Positions 46,530 to 55,607 of a stretch of 64,000 nt of DNA are shown in pieces. The position numbers were made by a program, and so were the translations under genes. The notes below the pieces were generated by a model that saw only the letters and a program-made list of their open reading frames with translations, searched no databases and was not told the origin of the DNA. Position 1 is the first letter of the stretch. The number at the start of each line of letters is the position of its first letter. The DNA comes from Treponema sp. UBA1793 (lineage in GTDB: Bacteria; Spirochaetota; Spirochaetia; Treponematales; Treponemataceae). Where the stretch lies: contig DCFX01000097.1 in NCBI GenBank assembly GCA_002314445.1, positions 39,566-103,565 on the forward strand. Direction: 5' to 3'.

Positions 46530-47447
46530 ATGATAAACCTGGACCTTATGAAGGATTCATCAGAAATCCTTCATTACAACAATCCTGCAATTCCCCTGTA
46601 CATTTGTAAAGAAAGGATATTTTCGTATTTACACCTTTCCGGCCTCTGCCACTGGCATGACGATATCGAATACATAGGCATGCGGAAAGGTCATATGGCG
46701 TATAACGTGAACGGTAAAAAAATTATGATTCATGAGCACGACGGGCTGCTTGTTAATTCCCGGCAGATGCATTACGGCTATTCCGACGACGGGACCGACA
46801 ATGAATTTTATTGTGTCGTTTTCAAACCCCAATTGCTTGCTGCCAATCAGGAACTGCAGCACAAGTATATAGAACCGGTTATCGAAAACATTTCCATACC
46901 GTATTATTATCTTTCTGCTGCGGAAGAACCGCAGAAAAAAATCATAACAATTTTTGACAGTGTCATCAGGCTGAATGAGATTCAGGCAACGGGATTTGAA
47001 CTTGCAATACTGAGCGAACTTCAGATTTTCTGGACCGAGTGGTTCAAGCTGCTTAAGCCGTATTCCGAACTGCAGGGAAAAAAAATTGACAGGGATATTG
47101 CAGTACAGAAACAGATGGTGCGTTTTATTTATACAAATTATATGTCCCGTATAACGCTTGATGACATTGCCGCGGCAGGTTCCGTATGCAGGAGCAGCTG
47201 CTGCCGCATATTCAGACGGTATTTTAATAAAACTCCCAATGATTTTCTCAATTCCTACCGCCTCGAGGTGAGCATGAATCTGCTTCTCGACACGACACGG
47301 AATATAACGGACATTTCCTATTCGTGCGGCTTTAACAGTCCGAGTTATTATACGGAAATATTTTCGAAGTACAAGGGATGCACTCCGACGGAATTCAGGA
47401 TGCAGCATTCGCTTTTGCTGACACGCGGGACGGTATCCGTGCTTTAA
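46530..47447 (+). CDS. AraC-family transcriptional regulator (cupin + HTH_18)
   Basis: 305 aa. C-terminus ISYSCGFNSPSYYTEIFSKYKGCTPTEFR. Confidence 0.85.
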   Translation: MINLDLMKDSSEILHYNNPAIPLYICKERIFSYLHLSGLCHWHDDIEYIGMRKGHMAYNVNGKKIMIHEHDGLLVNSRQMHYGYSDDGTDNEFYCVVFKPQLLAANQELQHKYIEPVIENISIPYYYLSAAEEPQKKIITIFDSVIRLNEIQATGFELAILSELQIFWTEWFKLLKPYSELQGKKIDRDIAVQKQMVRFIYTNYMSRITLDDIAAAGSVCRSSCCRIFRRYFNKTPNDFLNSYRLEVSMNLLLDTTRNITDISYSCGFNSPSYYTEIFSKYKGCTPTEFRMQHSLLLTRGTVSVL

Positions 47448-47487
47448 AATTTTTGTAATACGGGAATGTATGGTATAATCGTCCTGT

Positions 47488-49179
47488 ATGTACAAAACCC
47501 ATAGAAAAAGCGTACAGAAACGGCTCAGACAGATAACGCTTGCTATGTATATTACTGTGATGGCTCTGCTCGTAATCCTGGATTATTACGTTTTCCTGAA
47601 ATATACTGAAAGAAAGAGGGAAATCCGTCAGGCACATTTTCTTTCATATTATACAAAGATTGATTTATCCATCGGAAATGCAGCACAGATACTTACACGG
47701 TATTTTATTCAGAATCAGACATTCGTAACTCTGTCTGTTACAGAAGATCCTGAAACAGTATTTAATGCAATGTACGATCTCGATAACCAGATGAAATCAT
47801 ATATCAGGCTGTACGACAACCTGGCCGGCATTGTGTGCATGTACAAATCCGGCGTGCGGAATGACTATGTTTTCCAGGCAGATATCAGCAGCAGAGACGT
47901 AAACGACATATTGGGCAATTTGAAAAAAAACATGACGCAGATATTCGATGACGGAAGTTCGTTTATTTTAACTGCGGATAAATATTATTTTGTACGGTTT
48001 TACCGCACTAAAAAAGCGCTGGTTGCCGTAATTGCAAAAATACCGTTTGAGGAATCTGATGGAGGAAAATCCATACTTTTGTACAGACAAACTGCATTGA
48101 ACAACAGAGAGCTTGCTGAAAAAATACATCTGACCCGGAATGTGTCTCCTGAAAAAAGCGGCACTGCCGGATATACGTACAGGACTTATTCTGTCTATTA
48201 CAAAACGATTGAGCCTGCAAATCTTACCGTGTGCAGCGTGCTCCCCTGTTATCTCTTTACGGAACTTCCTTTCGGAATACTGCTGCTTATTGCCATTACC
48301 TGTGCAGGTTTCCTTTTTGTAATAAAGAGTTCCCGTATGCTGGAACATGACATAATGGAGCCTCTCTCCGGCCTTACTGCTTCCATCACGACAATCCGCA
48401 AATCCGGCAGGCTGAATCTTCTTGACGGGTTTGAAGAGTATCAGGAATTTTATGACGTCGAGACAGCTTTTAATGCACTTGTTCTGGAGATCCAGCAGCT
48501 TAAAATCAAATCGTATGAGGATGAAATTAACAAACAGCGTGCACAACTGCAGTATCTGCAGATGCAGTTGAAGCCTCACTTTTTCTTAAACTGCCTGAAG
48601 TCTCTGAATGCAATGACGATGGAAAACGATAAAGAGGAAATGCAGCAGTATATTCTTGCAGTTTCAGAATATGTGAGGTATCTGCTCCGTTCTGATACGG
48701 AAAAAGTTGAACTGAAGGAAGAAATCAGCATGGTCCGTACGTTCCTGAATATGCAGTCGATTATCTCCGTGAGAAAAGTCTGGTGCAGCATTCATGTTGA
48801 TTCGGAAATAGAACACTGCCTTATTCCTATTATGACGATTCAGACGTTCGTGGAGAATTCATATAAGCACGCAGTGTTATCGGAAACGGACGACTGTCTG
48901 AAGATTCAGATAAAGGCTGTATTGCTGCAGAGTGAAGAGAATATGCTTGTCGATATAATTATACGGGATAACGGCAACGGGTATCCTGAGGAAGTGTTAG
49001 AAACGGTAAACAGCGATGATACCGGAAAAAAAGCGGATACGGGACACAACGGCATAGGCATACAGAATGTAAAAAAGAGATGCGGGATTTTTTACGGCAA
49101 TAAAGCAGAATTCAATTTTACGAATCTTGGCGGAGCGTACAGTGAGCTGATTATCCCCTGTGAGACGGCAGGTGAATGA
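47488..49179 (+). CDS. Sensor histidine kinase (YesM-like)
   Basis: 563 aa. H-box QMQLKPHFFLNCL, N-box VENSYKHA, G-box DNGNGY. Paralogue of 17530-19275. Confidence 0.85.
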   Translation: MYKTHRKSVQKRLRQITLAMYITVMALLVILDYYVFLKYTERKREIRQAHFLSYYTKIDLSIGNAAQILTRYFIQNQTFVTLSVTEDPETVFNAMYDLDNQMKSYIRLYDNLAGIVCMYKSGVRNDYVFQADISSRDVNDILGNLKKNMTQIFDDGSSFILTADKYYFVRFYRTKKALVAVIAKIPFEESDGGKSILLYRQTALNNRELAEKIHLTRNVSPEKSGTAGYTYRTYSVYYKTIEPANLTVCSVLPCYLFTELPFGILLLIAITCAGFLFVIKSSRMLEHDIMEPLSGLTASITTIRKSGRLNLLDGFEEYQEFYDVETAFNALVLEIQQLKIKSYEDEINKQRAQLQYLQMQLKPHFFLNCLKSLNAMTMENDKEEMQQYILAVSEYVRYLLRSDTEKVELKEEISMVRTFLNMQSIISVRKVWCSIHVDSEIEHCLIPIMTIQTFVENSYKHAVLSETDDCLKIQIKAVLLQSEENMLVDIIIRDNGNGYPEEVLETVNSDDTGKKADTGHNGIGIQNVKKRCGIFYGNKAEFNFTNLGGAYSELIIPCETAGE

Positions 49180-49180
49180 T

Positions 49181-50719
49181 ATGAATGTAATTGTTATTGA
49201 TGACCAGAAGGCTGTTGCTGACAGTATATATAACAATCTTGCATGGAAGGAACTGGGAGTAGATGAAGTATTTACTGCATACAGCGCAAAAGAGGCCCGT
49301 ACAGTTTTCAACAGCAGGCGCATCGACATTATGCTTTCGGATATCGAAATGCCCGAAGAAAACGGACTGTCGTTATTAAGATATGTGCGGGAGATAAGTC
49401 CCGAAACACAATGCGTCTTTCTCACCTCTCATGCTGATTTTTCATACGCACAGGAGGCGCTCAGGCTTGGCAGTTTTGAATACATCCTTCAGCCGTGCCG
49501 GTATGAAGAGATTGCTCAAACGGTTAAAAACGTAATTATTAAAATAAAGGAAAAAGATACCGGCAGGGAATTTTCCGGAGACCGGCAGGAATTAATAAAC
49601 ACTGCAGGAGTGCGCCTGCTGCAGAATTCCGGCGGAAAAAATACAGATAACAGACTTGCAGGTTTATTTGATAAGAAATATGAAGACGGCGTTTTTTTCC
49701 CTGTAGAGATTGCTTTTGTTGCTGAGTGTACTCACAGCATCCGTCAGGAAATTGAAAAAATCGTGAAATCGGTTTTTGCGCCGGAAAAGAATATTTCCGT
49801 CATTGCTATGGAAATAACATACTGCGACTATATTGTCCTTTTTTACGGTCCGCTACAGGTTTTGCAGCAGCAGGAACTGTACGGAGAAATGGTATCCGTT
49901 TTTTCCGCTCTGGATGCGGAGCTTCATATCAAAACTGCCGTATATACGGGAACAGTCTGCAATGCTGATTTTTCCGGACAGATACGGCAGCTGCACAGTA
50001 TGCACGAGAATAACGTCATGCAGAAAACAGGAATTATGAAACTGCAGCCAGTACCTGATGTTTCAAGGGATTACCTGTATTCATTGCATCCGGAACGCTG
50101 GGCAGGTATCCTTGAAAATGGAAACGGATTAGTCATAAAAGAGGAAATACGGCTTTTTATCAGGAAAGCCGATTCTGAAGGTAAAATTACATTATCCCTG
50201 ATGCAGATACTTGATTACCTTTTCATAACTGCAGTAAACGAAGTTCTGCAGAAAAGCGGGCGGGATATTTCCTATTATCTGCTGGAAACGTATACAAAAA
50301 ATGATCTTGATAGTTCATACAAAACATACAGCAGCTTCATGCATGCGGTTGATGTACTGCTGAATATACTCAAGTCTGCTTCAGGGGAAAACAGCCGGAG
50401 CCGTGTAGAGCAGGCAGAAAAATATATCGAAGAAAATATAAGCAGAAACATCAGCCGGACAGAAGTTGCTCAGACGGTGTATTTGAATGAAGAATATTTT
50501 TCACGATTGTTTAAAGAAGAAACGGGATTTACGTTTAAAGACTATGTCACCAACCGAAAAATAGAATATGCAAAAGAAATGCTTGCCGTAACAAATTTTT
50601 CAATCAGCGTTATAGCCTCAAAAACCGGTTATGATAATTTTTCATATTTTTCCAAAATATTCAGGCAGAAAGAACACATGACACCGCAGGAATACAGGAA
50701 TGTAACAAAAAGAATATAA
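49181..50719 (+). CDS. Response regulator with AraC-type HTH (YesN-like)
   Basis: REC domain (VIDDQ, MLSDIEMP) and AraC HTH (YFSRLFKEETGFTFKDY ... GYDNFSYFSKIFRQKEHMTPQEYR). Starts 1 nt after the kinase stop. Confidence 0.85.
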   Translation: MNVIVIDDQKAVADSIYNNLAWKELGVDEVFTAYSAKEARTVFNSRRIDIMLSDIEMPEENGLSLLRYVREISPETQCVFLTSHADFSYAQEALRLGSFEYILQPCRYEEIAQTVKNVIIKIKEKDTGREFSGDRQELINTAGVRLLQNSGGKNTDNRLAGLFDKKYEDGVFFPVEIAFVAECTHSIRQEIEKIVKSVFAPEKNISVIAMEITYCDYIVLFYGPLQVLQQQELYGEMVSVFSALDAELHIKTAVYTGTVCNADFSGQIRQLHSMHENNVMQKTGIMKLQPVPDVSRDYLYSLHPERWAGILENGNGLVIKEEIRLFIRKADSEGKITLSLMQILDYLFITAVNEVLQKSGRDISYYLLETYTKNDLDSSYKTYSSFMHAVDVLLNILKSASGENSRSRVEQAEKYIEENISRNISRTEVAQTVYLNEEYFSRLFKEETGFTFKDYVTNRKIEYAKEMLAVTNFSISVIASKTGYDNFSYFSKIFRQKEHMTPQEYRNVTKRI

Positions 50720-50781
50720 ACAGGTCACATTTGTTATAGCGGACTCCATTCTGAGCGACTTACACTTTTATATGTAATGGA

Positions 50782-50793
50782 GACCTGAAAAAC
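50782..50793 (+). promoter_or_regulatory. Leader motif GACCTGAAAAAC, shared with 19388-19399
   Basis: See 19388-19399. It also forms the 5' arm of an imperfect hairpin with TTTTTTGAGGTC (50799-50810). Confidence 0.35.
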
Positions 50794-50835
50794 ATCGGTT
50801 TTTTGAGGTCCCCTGATGATATACAGGAGGAAACT

Positions 50836-52305
50836 ATGAAAAGAAAACGGAGTTACACGGCTGTTACGGTCTGTGCATGTCTTCTGGGGCTGATGCTGGT
50901 ATCGTGCAGCAGGTCAAATTCAACAGCTGCAAAAAAATCTTCAAAGGAACCGGTGCACATTAATCTTGTACTTCTGAAAGCATATGATTTTTCCGACGCG
51001 CAGAAAGTGCAGGATGAAATGAACAAAATTCTTGAAAAACGCTACAACATTGATGTAAAACTGACCTATATTGACTTCGGCTCCTGGCAGCAGCAGACTA
51101 ATTTGCTGCTGCTTGGAACCGACTGCGACATTCTACCGCTGTTCGGAACACCGCTTTCCACGTTTGTTGCAAACGGGCAGCTGCTTGAACTTGATGATTA
51201 TTATGCGAAGTCAGGTGATACATTCAAATCGATATGGTCTCCGGTAGAACTCCAGGGAACAAAAGTTAACGGGAAGCTTTATTCGATTACGAACCTCCGC
51301 AATTTTGCAAATAAATTCTGTCTGCATATGTCGAAGAAAATTGTCGACGAACTTAAGATAGACGTTTCATCGATAAAAACGCTCGATGATATAACACCGG
51401 TGCTGGCAAAAGTCCATAAAGCTCATCCTGAAATATATGCCATGGTTCCGCAGACGGGCGATACGTTTGTAAACGGATGGATGTGGGACGGACTGGGAGA
51501 TGAATCATGGATAGGTGTCCTTCCGGAGAAAGGACAGACAACTAAAGTGCAGAATGTATTTGATACAGCTGATTTTAAACAGTTCACCGGGATGACCTGC
51601 AAATGGTATGAAGCCGGATATATTATGGCTGATGCCCTGAGCAACCGTGAATCGGGAGAATCTCTCGTCGTAAACGGAAAGGCATTCAGCTTTTTTAACA
51701 ATGATTCCAACGCCAAACCGGTTCCCGGAACAGTGACGGCAGAAATTATTGCACCGTGGACGGTAAGCAACAGTTACTCGGCGTTGAGCTACGGTATTAA
51801 TGTTAATTCGCTTCATCCCGAAGAAAGCTGGACACTGCTTCAGGCATTATACACCGATGCCGACCTGGCGACGCTGCTCATCGACGGTATTGAAAATGTT
51901 CATTACGTAAAAAACGGCGACGGCTCTATTTCGTACCCCGCGGGCATTAATGCCACGACAAGTACATACGGCGGGGCGGCTCAGTACTGGTCTTATCCGT
52001 ATGCAGCTCTTACACCGCCGATTGATACGCTCGGTTCACCTGATTTTTTCAGGGAACTCGTTGCTTTTAATAAAAGCGCAACGGTATCAAAAGCCGCAGG
52101 CTTTTTATTCGATTCGACATCGATTACAGACCAGTATACCGCCTGCGTAAACGTCATGAATAAATATTATAAAGCCCTTCTGTGCGGTTCAATTAATCCC
52201 GATAAATTCATCCCTCAGGCTGATGCTGAATTAAAATCTGCCGGTATTGATGCGGTCATTGCATTGAAACAGCAGGAACTCGATAAGTTCTTAAAAAATA
52301 AATAA
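50836..52305 (+). CDS. ABC extracellular solute-binding lipoprotein (LplA-like)
   Basis: AGGAGG SD precedes ATG 50836. Lipobox MLVSC. Paralogue of 19438-20913. Confidence 0.85.
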   Translation: MKRKRSYTAVTVCACLLGLMLVSCSRSNSTAAKKSSKEPVHINLVLLKAYDFSDAQKVQDEMNKILEKRYNIDVKLTYIDFGSWQQQTNLLLLGTDCDILPLFGTPLSTFVANGQLLELDDYYAKSGDTFKSIWSPVELQGTKVNGKLYSITNLRNFANKFCLHMSKKIVDELKIDVSSIKTLDDITPVLAKVHKAHPEIYAMVPQTGDTFVNGWMWDGLGDESWIGVLPEKGQTTKVQNVFDTADFKQFTGMTCKWYEAGYIMADALSNRESGESLVVNGKAFSFFNNDSNAKPVPGTVTAEIIAPWTVSNSYSALSYGINVNSLHPEESWTLLQALYTDADLATLLIDGIENVHYVKNGDGSISYPAGINATTSTYGGAAQYWSYPYAALTPPIDTLGSPDFFRELVAFNKSATVSKAAGFLFDSTSITDQYTACVNVMNKYYKALLCGSINPDKFIPQADAELKSAGIDAVIALKQQELDKFLKNK

Positions 52306-52317
52306 TAAACTGCTGAG

Positions 52318-52337
52318 GCCGGATTTTCATATCCGGC
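52318..52337 (+). terminator. Short intra-operon hairpin after the binding-protein gene
   Basis: GCCGGAT (52318-52324) pairs with ATCCGGC (52331-52337), followed by TTT. Confidence 0.3.
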
Positions 52338-52352
52338 TTTAATGGAGAACTC

Positions 52353-53279
52353 ATGCTTCAGAAGAAAATTAACCATACGCGGATAAAAACGACAATGCAG
52401 CTGTTCTCGATGATGATTCCCGGTCTTGCATATTTATTGATTAATAATTATATACCTATGGCCGGAATTATCGTTGCATTTAAAAAGTTCAACTATGCAA
52501 AAGGAATATGGGAAAGCCCGTGGTGCGGTTTTAAGAATTTCCGGTTCCTTTTTACTACAAGAGATGCGTTTGTAATAACAAGGAACACGCTTTGCTATAA
52601 CATTGCCTTTATCGTTCTGGGAACAGTGCTGGCTGTCGCTGTAGCGATTATATTAAATGAACTGACAAGCCGGTTGATGAAGAAAGCGTATCAGACATTT
52701 ATTCTCATTCCGTACCTGATTTCAATGGTCGTGGTCAGTTATATTGTGTACGGCTTTTTAAGTCAGGATAACGGCTTTTTGAACAATCTGCTTGTTCATG
52801 TATTCAATATGAAGAAAGTAAGCTGGTACACTGAACCAAAGCGCTGGCCGTATATACTTACGGCAGTAAACTTATGGAAGAACTTCGGGTATTCAAGCAT
52901 TATTTATTATGCCACCGTCATAGGAATCGATACTGCGCTGTACGAAGCTGCATCAATAGACGGTGCGTCAAAATGGAAACAGATAGGTTTCATAACGCTT
53001 CCGGAACTGCGGCCTACGATAATCATACTCGTTTTATTACAGCTTGGCCGCGTATTCTATTCCGATTTCGGACTGTTCTATCAGGTACCGCTCAATTCAG
53101 GGATGCTCATGGACGCGACGAATACAATCGATACATATGTGTACCGGGGCCTTACGCAGCTTAATGATATAGGACGTGCTTCTGCGGCCGGATTTTATCA
53201 GGCAGTACTGGGATTTGTTCTGATTCTTACTGTCAATAAACTTGTACGCACAATAGATAAAGACAGCGCATTGTTTTAG
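52353..53279 (+). CDS. Sugar ABC permease (LplB-like)
   Basis: EAASIDGASKWKQIGFITLP. 308 aa, the same length as its paralogue. Confidence 0.85.
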   Translation: MLQKKINHTRIKTTMQLFSMMIPGLAYLLINNYIPMAGIIVAFKKFNYAKGIWESPWCGFKNFRFLFTTRDAFVITRNTLCYNIAFIVLGTVLAVAVAIILNELTSRLMKKAYQTFILIPYLISMVVVSYIVYGFLSQDNGFLNNLLVHVFNMKKVSWYTEPKRWPYILTAVNLWKNFGYSSIIYYATVIGIDTALYEAASIDGASKWKQIGFITLPELRPTIIILVLLQLGRVFYSDFGLFYQVPLNSGMLMDATNTIDTYVYRGLTQLNDIGRASAAGFYQAVLGFVLILTVNKLVRTIDKDSALF

Positions 53280-53290
53280 GAGTGGACACT

Positions 53291-54175
53291 ATGGTTGAAA
53301 ATAATAAAGTACAGCAGATTATGCTGAACATGATTATGATACTGCTGACGTTTATCTGTGTCATGCCGTTTGTACTGCTTGTTGCTTCATCATTAACAAG
53401 CGAAAAAGCTCTTATGGTGAACGGGTACAATTTTTTCCCGAAGGAGTTCAGTGCGGAATCATATAAGTACCTTATCAGTCACGGGCAGGCAATACTCCGC
53501 GGATACGGAATAACAGTCCTTGCGACCGTTGCCGGTACTTTGTGTTCAATTTCCATAACGCTGCTTCTTGCATATCCGCTTTCCAGAAAAGAGATGATAT
53601 TCAGGCCGTTGTTTTCGTTTATCGTTTTTTTTACCATGCTGTTCAACGGCGGGCTTGTTCCGACGTATCTTATGTATACGGGTATATTTCATATTAAAAA
53701 TACACTGTTTGCGCTTATCGTGCCCAACCTGCTGATGAATGCTTTTTTCGTCATTATGATGCGGTCGTTTTTTTCGTCGAATATAGCAGATTCGCTTATA
53801 GAGGCAGCCCGTATAGACGGTGCAGGAGAATACCGGATTTTGTGGTCTATCGTCATACCGCTGTCTAAGCCTATGATCACGACGCTTATGCTTATGGTCG
53901 GCCTTAATTACTGGAACGACTGGCTGAACGGCCTGTATTATCTTACAGATCCGTCCCTGTTCAGCATCCAGAATATTCTGAACAGAATGCTTTCAGACAT
54001 ACAATTTCTAAGCAGCGGTTCGTCTCTTGTGTCAAATCTTTCTGCCGCAACGCTGCCGAGCATCGGTATACGCATGGCGATTGCGGTAATAGGCATACTT
54101 CCTGTTCTTGTTCTGTATCCGTTCTTCCAGAAGAATTTTGTTAAAGGAATTGTTATAGGGGGCGTAAAAGGATAA
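53291..54175 (+). CDS. Sugar ABC permease (LplC-like)
   Basis: EAARIDGAGEYRILWSIVIPLSKP. Confidence 0.85.
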   Translation: MVENNKVQQIMLNMIMILLTFICVMPFVLLVASSLTSEKALMVNGYNFFPKEFSAESYKYLISHGQAILRGYGITVLATVAGTLCSISITLLLAYPLSRKEMIFRPLFSFIVFFTMLFNGGLVPTYLMYTGIFHIKNTLFALIVPNLLMNAFFVIMMRSFFSSNIADSLIEAARIDGAGEYRILWSIVIPLSKPMITTLMLMVGLNYWNDWLNGLYYLTDPSLFSIQNILNRMLSDIQFLSSGSSLVSNLSAATLPSIGIRMAIAVIGILPVLVLYPFFQKNFVKGIVIGGVKG

Positions 54176-54243
54176 ATAAAAGTTGCATCATTGAAAATAA
54201 GGTGTAAAATATAAATCAATACAGCAATACGGAGGACTATACT

Positions 54244-55593
54244 GTGGCTTTTTCGGATAAATTTTTGTGGGGTGCTTCATCAGCAAGCTATCAGGTTGAA
54301 GGTGCATGGAATGAAGACGGGAAAGGGTTGAACATCTGGGATGATTTTTCACATGTACAGGGGAATGTACGCCATGACGAAACGGGTGACAGTGCCTGCG
54401 ACCATTATCACCGGTTTAAGGAAGATATTGCACTTATGAAACAGATAGGGTTGAAAAGTTACCGCTTTTCAATCAGCTGGACACGTATATTCCCCGATGG
54501 AACAGGCAGCATTAATGAGAAAGGCCTTGCGTTTTATTCGGAGCTTGTCGATGAATTGAAGAAGGCAGGTATTGAACCGGTGATAACATTATTTCACTGG
54601 GACTATCCATCCGCTTTATATAAAAAAGGCGGATGGAGCAATCCGGAAAGTCCTGAATGGTTTGCGCAATATGCGAAAGTCGTTACAGATGCGCTTTCTG
54701 ACCGCGTGCAGTACTGGCTTACGTTCAATGAATACCAGATTTTCGTCGGACTGGGATATCAGCTTGGCATCCTCGCTCCCGGAGTTAAACTGACTGATGA
54801 AGAACTTATTAAAATGAGCCGCAACATACTGCTTGCGCACGGACGGGCAGTTCAGGAAATCAGGAAAAATGCGAAGCTTCCTCCGAAGGTCGGCATGGCT
54901 CCCACCGGAGACGTATACAGACCGGCGGACAATTCACCGGAAGCAGTCGAAGAAGCCCGGCGGAAATCATTTGCAGTTCCAAAAGTATTTACCATGAGCA
55001 ACTCATGGTGGGCTGATCCTATTATACTGGGCGATTATCCTGAAGAAGCGTACACCCGGTTCGGCAGCCTTCTTCCCCGCATTACGCCGGAAGAAAAAGC
55101 AGTTATCTGCCAGCCGCTTGATTTTTACGGATACAATTGTTATCAGCCGACATCAGGTCAGGTTTCTGAGAGCAGCGGCTATGACGAAAACGGTTTTCAG
55201 GGTTGCCCCCTGACCGCAAACGGCTGGCATGTTATTCCCGACACACTGTACTGGTCGTCAAAGTTCCTGTACGAGAGGTATCACCTGCCGCTTATTATTA
55301 CCGAAAACGGGATGGCAGACAACGACTTTGCAAGTCTTGACGGCGGTGTGCATGACACGCACCGCATTGACTTCCTGCACAGGTATCTGCGCGGGCTGGA
55401 AAAAGCCGTGGACGAGGGAATTCCCGTTATCGGATATCACGTCTGGTCGATTATGGACAATTTTGAATGGAGCTCCGGATATGATTACCGGTTCGGGCTT
55501 GTATACGTCGATTACAGAACACAGAAACGTACTGTCAAAGATTCCGGGTGGTGGTATGGCAATGTTATCAGCCGGAACGGAAAAAATCTGTAA
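54244..55593 (+). CDS. GH1 beta-glycosidase
   Basis: GTG start after GGAGGA. Motifs WGASSASYQVEGA, YRFSISWTR, TFNEY and ITENG. Confidence 0.9.
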   Translation: MAFSDKFLWGASSASYQVEGAWNEDGKGLNIWDDFSHVQGNVRHDETGDSACDHYHRFKEDIALMKQIGLKSYRFSISWTRIFPDGTGSINEKGLAFYSELVDELKKAGIEPVITLFHWDYPSALYKKGGWSNPESPEWFAQYAKVVTDALSDRVQYWLTFNEYQIFVGLGYQLGILAPGVKLTDEELIKMSRNILLAHGRAVQEIRKNAKLPPKVGMAPTGDVYRPADNSPEAVEEARRKSFAVPKVFTMSNSWWADPIILGDYPEEAYTRFGSLLPRITPEEKAVICQPLDFYGYNCYQPTSGQVSESSGYDENGFQGCPLTANGWHVIPDTLYWSSKFLYERYHLPLIITENGMADNDFASLDGGVHDTHRIDFLHRYLRGLEKAVDEGIPVIGYHVWSIMDNFEWSSGYDYRFGLVYVDYRTQKRTVKDSGWWYGNVISRNGKNL

Positions 55594-55607
55594 AATGGAG
55601 AATAAGT

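Noticed and set aside
46629-47495. 288-aa ORF on the - strand covering the whole AraC regulator gene
   Set aside because: The + strand product has an unmistakable cupin + AraC HTH. The antisense product is low-complexity, basic and without motifs, so it is treated as a shadow ORF.
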